This document shows, piece after piece, positions 12,393 through 22,909 of a stretch of DNA of 64,000 bases. The notes under the pieces were generated by a model. That model ran no database searches, was not told the DNA's origin, and worked only from the letters and a program-made list of their open reading frames with translations. The translations under genes were made by a program, and so were the position numbers. The stretch spans positions 1,984,001 through 2,048,000 of the forward strand of contig JAUFOQ010000013.1 of assembly GCA_040285855.1 (NCBI GenBank), read 5' to 3'. This DNA comes from Eukaryota sp. GEM-RC1 (lineage: Eukaryota). Each line of letters opens with the position of its first letter. Position 1 is the first letter of the stretch.

Positions 12393-14425
12393 ATGTCTAC
12401 AAGAGGGTATGCTTGTAAGGACTGTGATGCAGTTTTCGTATTCAAAAGTAGATTAAGGAGCCACGTGAACGCCAAGCATTCAACTAAGTTTCAGTGCAGT
12501 GAATGTTCGAATGTATGTTTAACCACAAACTAATCCCAGACTTATCAATCAGCTTGCCACCTGAGGGAACACATGCTCATCCACACGGGTGAAAAACCCC
12601 ACGAGTGTGAAGGTTGTCATCAACCCTTTACCCAAAAAGAACATCTCACTGCCCATCGTAGAAGCTGCAAGGCTCTAAACTCCAAACCTGATCACCAGTA
12701 TCAATGCGGAGTTCCGGGGTGCGAATACTTAACTACCAGTTTGTGGTTTTCTTCTTATTAATAACAGCAATTATAAACATGTGGCGACACCTAAACTTTG
12801 CACCATCCAAACCCGTCAAAATACACGCTGTGAGGAAGAGGCCAGTGCAAAGGTCAAGGACATTGTCTTTTGCGAAGGCTTATGCAAGTGGGCATTCCAT
12901 GTAGAATGTGTGGAAGACAAATGGGACACAGGAACTGCATTTGTGTGTGAAGAATGCGTCATGCTGGTATGTTGAGGATCGACTACTCTAACTCTAGAAA
13001 GCCCACGACGAGAAGAAGAAGATTATGAAAAACAAGAATTTGGAAGTTAGCGATCTCTCTCTAATGTGGATCGGAAGAACAATGAATGAAGATGGTTCGA
13101 GTTTGTTTCAACTTTGTACAGTAAACTCTCTCTAATTGCAACCCCTGTAATTGAAAACTCTCTGAAATTGCAACAAAAACCCATGCCATTGAGTAAAACA
13201 ATACCAAATTGAAAATTGAAACAATTGAAACAGTTTTTGAGACCTAATTGAAACATTGAAGTCAACTTTATGCTGTATTCTGGGTGTCGCATCTATAGCT
13301 AGCTGCCATATATTGATGTTAGTGTAGAAACAGAGGAAGACGATGTTGTTTTTCATAAATCCTACAGTACTCTTCTGGTTTTTTCCATCATCAACTTCAA
13401 TATATCATACAAAGAACTGAACATCAACCAAAAGTCAAATACAAAAGCATGCTCGTCAATATTTTGAAGATGATCAAAATACAGAAACTGTAACTGCAGA
13501 ACCTTTCCTCAAAAAAAGAACTGAATCATTTTTTGAGAATTTTCTCCTATTGTGTTCAAATACTAGTGCATTAGTTTAATGACTTCACTGCTCTAAATCA
13601 AGTGATGATAGATCTTCCAGTAGTGCGGGAAAAAATGAGGGAGCAACATTGGTTCATTTTTTGTCACCCTTACGAAATATGAACGAAACACTGTGTATGT
13701 ACCATTGTATAATGAGTACTGTCGATATTATGTAAAAATCTTTTTTAAAAAGCGGGATGATTAATTTGAGTCAAGCTAATAACATTTGTTTAAGTCCGAG
13801 CATTCATGGTAGTTGTTTTGTGGATCAGACTTGTTAATTTGCTCTTGTAGACTACTTAATAACATATTTGATGTTCTGGAATAAGTGTGGAGGTTGTATT
13901 TAGTTTAGGGTAGATTTATAGGAACTCTCTGTAATTGAAAACTCTCTGTAATTGAAACGAAACTCCATTCACCAAGTCGTTTCAATTAGAGAGAGTTTAC
14001 TGTAATTCATTTTAGTGTCATGCAAGTCCTTACTTACTGGACGCCCTTTCTCAATCTACAAGGCTCCTTCAACTTTAACTAATGCAGGAAACGGACTTTT
14101 CGTTTCTGGGACTCTCATTCCTTATGATCTCATTGCCTACTGGCGAGGTGTTCAGATCTCAAAGAAATTAGCTAAACGATCCTTTACTAGCTACATTGTC
14201 CAAAGAAAAGACGGGATGTACCTTGACGGAACTAATGCTATATGCTTGGGCAAGTTCGCCAACTACCACCCCGAATACAATGCGTACTTAAAGGACTTTA
14301 ATGATGTCAACGGGGAAAAGCTGGTTGGTCTGTATGCCCTTAGACATTTGAAGGAAGAGGAAGTTTTCTTGTCTTATGATTGGTACTTCCCTAAGGACGG
14401 GAAAGCCATTGCTTGGTTTAAGTAA
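12393..14425 (+). CDS. spliced C2H2 zinc-finger (x4) - PHD - SET domain protein
   Basis: C2H2 fingers with an HTGEKP linker, PHD-like FCEGLCKWAFHVEC..CEEC, SET motifs AGNGLF, KFANYH, EEVFLSY; four 27-31 nt GT-AG introns join the exons (the last contains a MITE); one frameshift near 12800. Confidence 0.75.
13119..14002. mobile_element. pogo-like MITE inside a micro-intron
   Basis: TIR CAGTAAACTCTCTCTAATTG at both ends, TA duplication at 13117-18 and 14003-04. Confidence 0.9.
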
Positions 14426-14623
14426 GTACAGTATTTAGTTTTGTTTTATTCTGATCCTTTTTAATCTTTGAATAAATTATTTTAATTATCAGTTTTCTTC
14501 TTAAATCGTTAAAAATAGGATTCTGAGTTCCGCTCAGAATAGCCGAGTAGGAGCTTGTTGAGGAAGTTGTAAGATGTTGTTGTCTGATGAAATTATAAAC
14601 AGCTTAGCTTTAATTTAAGTTGC

Positions 14624-14727
14624 CTACTGGAGTGACTACTGGAGTGACTACTGGAGTGACTACTGGAGTGACTACTGGAGTGACTACTGGAGTGACTACT
14701 GGAGTGACTACTGGAGTGACTACTGGA
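14624..14727 (+). repeat. 12-bp tandem repeat (CTACTGGAGTGA), 8 full units plus 8 bp
   Basis: Read directly from the sequence. Confidence 0.95.
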
Positions 14728-15885
14728 ACACCTGATGGACAGGTCTGTGACACGCAAGAATAACTAAACTTCTAGGAAACAGTGATACAATGAAGTTTCT
14801 CAATTTTTACGGCATTTATATATTTGTTCTATAGATACTAGCTTTAGGGCAGTGTTTGATTAACGGTGGTTGATAATTTATGAGATTAACAAAAATCTTG
14901 TCTGACCAGGAAATGTAAATGTGTCACATTTTGTTGGTTCGATTGATCAGCATAATAAAAAATGACTGAATGACGTTATTAAGTATCCAATCCAATCTTA
15001 GTGATCTTGTCATGATTAATAGTTGATTATACAACAGAGAGATTTAAAGGACCCTAATACAAGCAAGGTTCCCATACAAGCATAGTAAAAGGTATGTTTG
15101 TATTGTATTTAAGGTTGCTTGTATTAGACCCCCGACGATGTATGTACTATTCTGTTGCTTAGTTCAAAAGATACTATTTGCAAACAGTGTTTTTTTATTA
15201 CATTATTTAGTCTTAAAAAAACTCTTTTATCTCTTAAAGATACATAATGTCTAAAGACATAAACAAAATACAATGTATTAGGCAAAAGTGAGACTAATTT
15301 TTAATGGAGATTTTGTTCAAAGTATCATACCACCGTAATTAGTTTGAATGAGATATATTACCATGATTAGTCTATCGAAAAGTCTGTGATTTTGAAATGG
15401 TTTTATTACTGTGAATTTCATAACACTCCCTTGGGATACTTTGACTTACTCCCTTTTATGAAATTCACTCCTGTTTTCACAGGTTGTAAGAGACATATAG
15501 CGTCATCTGACAAAGACAATCATGATATTCATCAACGGGCTACATCGCTTAGATAGACCGACTGCTTAAACAGCTTACACTGCTTACACAGAACAAAGTT
15601 TCTTAGACTTAATCTATCTAAATGGATCTGACAAACATATCTACCGCATATAGATACATCACCAGGTCGGTCTTAAGGTGGTTAACTATTGATATAACCA
15701 TTTACATAACCATGTGGCTGAACGGCTTCTTTGATGTTTGAGCTTTCAAGAGAATTGAGGTGAATCATTCCCTGGGGATGTCAAAGCTTCGCAGATGCTG
15801 CATTCTTAACCACTTTCCATGTCAAATATAGTTGAGTATTTTGAAAGGAATGACGTTGAGGGGACATTTACTAACTGTCAATCTT

Positions 15886-16030
15886 ACCGGTTTGGTGACT
15901 CAGTTGACTCTGAGAGAAGCTTTGCGTTAGCTTGCCTAAACGGTTTACACTCAGTTGACTCTGAGAGAAGCTGACGGTTCAAGCTTACCTTTACCGGTTT
16001 GATATCTCAGTTATACTCTGGGGGCTTATA
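15886..16030 (+). repeat. three imperfect 51-56 bp repeats with internal hairpins
   Basis: ACTCAGTTGACTCTGAGAGAAGCT identical at 15898 and 15949; degenerate third copy near 16006. Confidence 0.8.
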
Positions 16031-16596
16031 GTCATGACACATAAAAAAGCAACCCAGCATATTGATTTTCGCACATCTACAGTAGATTTTCCGACTTCCC
16101 ACTTTTTCATCGTTGCAATATTTACTTCATAGATTTACTTCAGTCTAAAAAAAAAGACTGAAGTAGGTAAAAGTCTATTTTGAGCTCCTGTTTGTTTATT
16201 CTTACAGTATCCTGGAATTCTGCTTCTTCATTCAAAGCCAATGTTTTTCAACATCATTTCTTCGAATTATGTGTAAACTCTTTCAATGAAGACATTTGTA
16301 ACTTTATATAATGGTAAGAATACTATGCTTTTTAAACTACAAAGCAAAGCGACCATTAACTTTCAGTTCAAAACATCCAACTGTATTTGACAAAGTACAA
16401 GCTTCCACTTTCCTACAGAAATCATTGAAATGATATGGAGTTGTTGGTGTCAGTCCAGTAGGTAGTCCAGTAGTTGCCTACTGGACTGCCAAACAACTCT
16501 GTCTTGATTCTACTAGTTAAGATGGCATGTAGTTGCCTTGTGTATATATTGGTTGTATTATCCACAAATAATATTCTTCGAAATCAAATAATTCTT

Positions 16597-18677
16597 GGGA
16601 TTTATGCAGATTTCATCACTAATATACATTAATTGCATTTTTCATCTAATATTACTTTATTTTGCAATCATTGTTTCAACTCATAAAACCTATTTCGTTG
16701 GACAGTTTCTCCTGTCATGACCAACTTGGTCACAATTTCTACACTTACGTTGTCGTGGTCTTGGTGCTGAACCATCTACTACTGTTGGTATCATACTGCT
16801 GGCACCTTGCTGCAACACAATCCATTCTGGGCAGTTTCTTCTGTCGTGCCCAATAATTCTACAATGACCACATCTACGTGGGGAGAGAGGCATTGCTTCC
16901 TGATTCTCTTCCGTTGCTGCTGCGTCAGGTTCTACTTCTTCACTGTCGCTACTCGCATCCTTCTCATCGAATCTCTTTTGATTAAAGCGTTTAGTACGTG
17001 AGTACTTGTCCTTACGTGAAATTGGCGGACGACCTGGCATTACTGTATCTAAAGGAGGAAACACATCACTTTCTAGTTCTTCGATATTCCTTCTATAGTC
17101 GATTGGATAAAATTCGCCATCATACGTCTTCTTAAAATTAGTAACTAAATAATAGGGAGACACTAAAGATCTGGGGTGAATTCTAACACGTCTCGAAACT
17201 GACATTACGTGAATACATGGCACATCATGTTGTTTCCAGAATCCGCAACTGCACGTTTTGTACTTCAGATCCACAGAAAACACAAATTCGTTTTCTCTCA
17301 CGGAATACAAATTGTCGGAGAACGTGGTTACTTCTAAACTGCGAGCTCTCAATATCGACGGCAACAAATACTCTTCAACATCATCAACGAATTCTCCATG
17401 CATCTTCATTGATTCATCTTTTCTTCTTCTGAACAAATGAGTCATTGCTTCAAAGATACCGTTAACCATTGAAGTCACTGGCAAAGAGCGAACTGGAAGA
17501 AGCCATGCATTTAAGGATTCAATGATATTGGAGGTGAGTTGTCCATATCTATTCCCTTCAAAGTGTACTGTCGACCAAGATTCTTTCGGAGCTGACTCTT
17601 CCAAATAAGTATAACCCACTGGGCACTGGATTTGAAGGAGCTGCCAATAGCGGTCAAATTCGTTTAACGTACTCGCTCTTGCACATTTCCAAAACAATTT
17701 CATTGCTTTCTTTCCACCTCTGGACGAGAGATTGTCACTGAGATGTTTACAGCACACAGAGTGGTAGGTTTCTTCACCAAAAACTTCGACCAGCGTACGG
17801 GATATGGCTGGATTTCTGTCACTAATAAATACTGTTTTGTCGTTGATTGCAAAATTGTCATTCAAATTCTCCAAAAAGCTTCTCCAATTTATTACATTTT
17901 CCGTTCGAGTAATTTCAAAAGCTATAGGAAAGAAATGTCCGTTGGCATCAATGCCAGCAGCAGCCAACAATGTTCCCTTGTATTTGGACCTCAGATGAGT
18001 TCCATCTATCACGATAACAGGCCTTAAAAACTCAAATCCTTTCACAAGAGGTTGAAAAGTAAAGAAAAAGCGCTCAAATGTGCCATCAGGTGCAACATTC
18101 AGCTTAAAAGGAGAGTTGGGATTAGTGGAGTTGAGACTTTGGAAAAGGGTTCCAGAAAGGTGTATGAGGTATCTAAAGAACCATAAAGTAGTTCGTTAGT
18201 GGCCTCTAGAGCTCGACAGGCTTTACTCGGACTTATATCAATAAAGTACTTGGTTTTCAGCTTCCTAGCAAATACAGATGGACTGGTAATCTTTCCACCT
18301 CTTACTTCTTCTGCCATTAAAATGGCACAGATTTGTTTAGGCAAGGTCGTAAAACATAAGGATTGGCAGGAAGCAATGTGATCGACAAACTTTCTTATTT
18401 CCCATTCGTGGGTGTCTGTGTCCTGAAAACAGTGGATGTAACAGGGACAAGGTGTAGAGGAGCCACATCGTATATCCCAACGGTTCTGGTTTTTCTGAGT
18501 TATGTCGAAGCTTTTATCACTCGAAAGGAACCAAGAGTAAACATCATGCTGCAAGTGTTGGATGTTTGTATAAGAATGACCTTGTTGAAGAGTTGTATTA
18601 GTTGTAGTCATTAGCAAAAGAGTATTGATGTTAAATGAATTGTTATTTACTTATGTGATGTAAATTGACGATTTCCC
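16597..18677 (-). mobile_element. MuDR/Mutator DNA transposon, 2081 bp
   Basis: 9-bp TSD ATAATTCTT (16588-96, 18678-86), imperfect GGGA-starting TIRs, empty site at 19597-19605. Confidence 0.92.
16690..18611 (-). CDS. MULE transposase (N-terminal DNA-binding region, DDE, SWIM, two CCHC knuckles); one frameshift near 18100
   Basis: IDGTHL, FISDR, CCKHL, TSNIIESLN, SWIM CSCGFWKQHDVPCIH, CGHC..GHDRRNC, CRNC..GHDRRNC. Confidence 0.92.
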
Positions 18678-18692
18678 ATAATTCTTTTTGAT

Positions 18693-19227
18693 TCAAATGT
18701 CTTCAAGACTTCACTGTGCTAACCTCCTCACTTTTTGATCATAAATCTTTCTATTTTCTCTGAAATCAACTGCTGCATCTACATTCGCTGGAGATTCAGC
18801 TACAATTATTCAGAAGAATCAACATACCGTTGGGATCCACCAGCATTGACAACACGGACAACACAACTGATAAAGGGGACTGTACTGGACTCCATCTCTC
18901 TTCTGGAAGTTCTCCTGACATGACAAGATCTGATTCATCAGCACCAGGACGATGTAGGATGCTGATACATACTTCCCCCGAAGGATATATGTTGGGGTTA
19001 TACATTGGTGTGATAAATTTCATTGTAGGTGGCTCCATTGGATAGTTTTCAGGAAACTGCATAACTGCTTGAAACAAACCTCCTTCAAGTGGTGTATCGG
19101 GAGGTCCAGTTATGGCTACACGCCGTCGAAATATATCTTCGTTTTCAAGCCCAAAACTTATGCCTTCAACTGGTTCTTGCTGGTACTTTGTGAATTGTCT
19201 TGTTAGAAGTAACTGGCTGTGACGCAT
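18693..19227 (-). pseudogene. duplicate UBE2G/Ubc7-type E2, probably decaying
   Basis: Near-identical to 19612-20146 but with W-to-R in FRWRV and a CGA-to-TGA change six codons before the end; only about 26 bp of upstream sequence was duplicated. Confidence 0.6.
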
Positions 19228-19410
19228 TTATGTGAATTTACTAATAAAGAATTCATAATGGTAATTCTATAATGGTAAGAATACTATGCTTTTTAAACTA
19301 CAAAGCAAAGCGACCATTAACTTTCAGTTCAAAACATCCAACTGTATTTGACAAAGTACAAGCTTCCACTTTCCTACAGAAATCATTGAAATGATATGGA
19401 GTTGTTGGTG

Positions 19411-19498
19411 TCAGTCCAGTAGTCAGTCCAGTAGGTAGTCCAGTAGTCAGTCCAGTAGTCAGTCCAGTAGGTAGTCCAGTAGTTGCCTACTGGACTGC
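19411..19498 (-). repeat. 12-bp repeat CTACTGGACT(GA/AC), about 6 copies plus one inverted unit; 2-copy version at 16449-16489
   Basis: Read directly; unit differs at one position from the 14624 array unit. Confidence 0.85.
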
Positions 19499-19611
19499 CA
19501 AACAACTCTGTCTTGATTCTACTAGTTAAGATGGCATGTAGTTGCCTTGTGTATATATTGGTTGTATTATCCACAAATAATATTCTTCGAAATCAAATAA
19601 TTCTTTTTGAT

Positions 19612-20146
19612 TCAAATGTCTTCAAGACTTCGCTGTGCTAACCTCCTCACTTTTTGATCATAAATCTTTCTATTTTCTCTGAAATCAACTGCTGCATCTA
19701 CATTCGCTGGAGATTCAGCTACAATTATTCAGAAGAATCAACATACCGTTGGGATCCACCAGCATTGACAACACGGACAACACAACTGATAAAGGGGACT
19801 GTACTGGACTCCATCTCTCTTCTGGAAGTTCTCCTGACATGACAAGATCTGATTCATCAGCACCAGGACGATGTAGGATGCTGATACATACTTCCCCCGA
19901 AGGATATATGTTGGGGTTATACATTGGTGTGATAAATTTCATTGTAGGTGGCTCCATTGGATAGTTTTCAGGAAACTGCATAACTGCTTGAAACAAACCT
20001 CCTTCAAGTGGTGTATCGGGAGGTCCAGTTATGGCTACACGCCATCGAAATATATCTTCGTTTTCAAGCCCAAAACTTATGCCTTCAACTGGTTCTTGCT
20101 GGTACTTTGTGAATTGTCTTGTTAGAAGTAACTGGCTGTGACGCAT
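19612..20146 (-). CDS. ubiquitin-conjugating enzyme E2, UBE2G/Ubc7 class
   Basis: FPENYPMEPP, NPNIYPSGEVCISILH, acidic loop, ERWSPVQS; a 28-nt intron GTATGT..TAG gives ESPANVDAA..RSLEDI stop. Confidence 0.92.
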
Positions 20147-20362
20147 TTATGTGAATTTACTAATAAAGAATTCAGAGATTTCTACCAAGTGATACCCTCT
20201 TTTCTTTTTTTCAACGAGAATGTTGGTCAATAACATTGGATTCGAGTGACATCTAATCTTCTACTGTCATTCTTCGTCCAGCTTATAAAAACAAATCTTT
20301 ACATTGTGTTATTTATTTTTGTAAGCCTTTTATTTAATCATTCAAATAACGATCATAACAAC

Positions 20363-22260
20363 TGAGATACCAATACCTCTACATCATCTCAAATTCATGT
20401 CTCAATGCAAAGAGACGGTTCAAAATCGAATCAAAATTCCTAAACAGTGCTTTGAAAAGGGAACATGATAACCGCAACTTTTATTAAAATTCTTCCCATA
20501 CTGCTTTCACAATTTGCCAAAAGATGTGAGAAATTTTTGAATGAAGCAGCAAACATTCCGTAAAGGGAAACAGCAAAAGGATGGAAAACAAACAGTTTGT
20601 ATCGGCGAGAACTCATCTTGGTAATTATTCGTGTCGTTTAAGCTTTATTCGGCACCCAATAAGGTAACCTTCCTACAAAACTATGAAATTGAAAAATCAA
20701 ACAAATAATACTAAGATTAAATCCAAACGAATTCATCACCACCCGGTAAAAGATTACGTTTTTCAACATTAACCGTCACACCAAACTTTCACAATTTCTC
20801 AATTAATCGAGAGAAATAGAAAGGCATAATCCGATATATGGAAAACACTATAGGGTTTTTCCATTCAGCCACTCTAAACTTACGCTTCTTTTCTTTACAC
20901 AGTTCTTCGAAATCCTTGAAAAATTGATCAACAGCAGGACTAATCGATCGAAAAAGAGAAACAGCAAAAGATTGAACCACAAATTTGGAATATGAGTTTC
21001 TATTTAATTCTTCTACTTGAGAGTCAGACTTGGAGTGTTTGAGCTTTTCAGCAGCTGTTAACGGATTAAAAGAAGAATCTAATTTCCTACTAACACAAGA
21101 TTTGTTACAAACATCTACTGTAGTAAAATCCATTAATGATTTACTCGATTTAAGCCACGGAGTATGGAGATCCCCTCTTTTTAATCAGTAAATTTATTTT
21201 CTGAAAGATGATTCAAAACTGGTTCAACTTTGGAGTGAAAACCATGTCCTTTAAACATGGAATAACAAGAATCACGTACACCATCATGAATTACTGCACG
21301 TAGATGAATAAAAAACGACAATTAATTAGTTGTTAATCAGTCTCTTTGGCGCAATCACATTGTTTTTTCCTTATATAGAAGTTTCCCAAAGTATTTGAAT
21401 CGTATTCTGGACAAATTGTATCGTGGTATTTCAAGAGTAGATGTGGATCATTTAATATCTTTTAAGTACTAGTTGTTTGTATTTCGTTAATTTATAACAT
21501 AAAACCTTTTAGACAATTTATTAAATGACGAAAACACCATTAGCTCCACAAGAGCAAGTTGAATAGTTTAATGAATTTGCAGGCCAAATAGCCAAATGGA
21601 GACGCATATTGATCATCCAAGCTTCATCAGATAGATGTAATCCATAAACCTTTGGAATTTGAGAAATAAATCCAGAAGGTCCACTATTACAAAGATCGAT
21701 TAAAAAAGCAGCGAACTCGGGACTATTGGTTTTAGCCAAGGCGATTATTAAAGTCCAAGAGTTCAAACTCCTTTGTCAATTTATTTTGCAGCTTACATAA
21801 AGCAGACGGTAGAGATGAAATACTTTTTCTTAAAGGAGTCTCCTCCAATTGAGCAGGGAGCAAAGATTCCTACATTTCAGGAGACAAGGATTATACCAAA
21901 TCTTTAGCAGATTGAATCCAACGGCAATAACTTGAATTCAACAGATTGATTCCATCCAAGGGAAACCGTTTCAAAAATTCAAACATAAAAATCTTAACAC
22001 CTCCTAAAAGAGCAGATTTTCTAATGATTTTTGCATGGGTGAAACCTACTCCTGCGAATTCAGATGAATAAAAAGCATGAGATCTTGGAACTTAATTCGC
22101 CATAACGTTCAAATTTTTTCCTTTCAGCACTTTCAAGAGCTGAATAGTTTTCGTCTAAAAGTGTGTTAACAGAAGTTGAGTTACAAAAATCAGCCGTAGT
22201 AAAGTCCATAATTATTTCCTGAGAGGACAACCAATCAAATCACCTCTACTCTTAACTCTC
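20363..22260 (-). mobile_element. cluster of CRE-like non-LTR fragments (includes the composite copy 20647-21830)
   Basis: Reverse-complement match to 1-1187 and to 28405-29822. Confidence 0.8.
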
Positions 22261-22359
22261 ATAATTGAGTGAGTCAGATCATTGCTAGATACTAAGTACA
22301 AACTCTCTCATTAAACCAAAATGTTGTTAGCTCATGAGTAAAGAAGCAGATATCAATAA

Positions 22360-22720
22360 AAATCATGTCTATTTGAAGTGGCTGAAAAAGAAAAAAATAC
22401 AAAGTACTGTCACTTAATTAACCAATTGAACGTTGACAGGTACAATTCTTTTGTGTTTCAACCTTTTGCGATGTCGATATACGGTAATATTGGACCAACT
22501 GCACAAGGTTTTTTAACTTCCTTTGGTAAATTGTGTTCTGAGTATGGTAAAGTTTTCAATGAAAATTTTTGGTTGAGTAGGTTAACGTTTGCGTTGTTTT
22601 GTTCAATGCACAGATATTTTAATTCAAATTTAGGTAAGTTGTCCGGTAATGGACAGAAGGATCATAGTTTAGATACTTTAGTTAGTGTCTGTTAGTAATT
22701 CACTTCTGCAAATGCATGTA
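22360..22720 (+). mobile_element. CRE-like REL-domain 3' fragment
   Basis: AEKEKNTKY..FQPFAMSIYGNIG..FWLSRLTFAL. Confidence 0.7.
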
Positions 22721-22909
22721 TTTCACTGACTGGTCATAAACCCCGTTTTTTTGTCTATTTATTAAAGAAAATAAATTATTATTATTTTTATATTCCAAAC
22801 GTTTATCAAAAATTTGAAGCATTACTTAAATTTTTTCAAATTTGAATTTTTCGAATCGTTAATGTTCTAAACAAATGACAAACTAAATTTTGAGACAATT
22901 TTTAAATAT

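Larger units (their letters stand above)
11833..15140. mobile_element. pair of degenerate pogo/Tc1-like TIRs enclosing the ZnF-PHD-SET gene
   Basis: Left GTCGAGGTCCTAATACAAGCA versus right reverse complement GTCGGGGGTCTAATACAAGCA, both flanked by TA; shared subterminal ATACAAGCATAGTA.AAG.TATGTTTG.ATTGT at about 11853 and 15074. Confidence 0.5.
16306..20174. repeat. about 0.9-kb tandem duplication (A+B); first copy split by the MuDR element
   Basis: 16306-16596 matches 19268-19605; 18678-19253 matches 19597-20174 (919-bp offset). Confidence 0.9.

Noticed and set aside
16136..16165. Hairpin TACTTCAGTCT-A8-AGACTGAAGTA as a terminator
   Set aside because: Eukaryotic context and no adjacent gene end; an isolated inverted repeat without further support.
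19383..19574. ORF with YWTD repeats
   Set aside because: Translation artefact of the 12-bp DNA repeat; not a beta-propeller YWTD domain.
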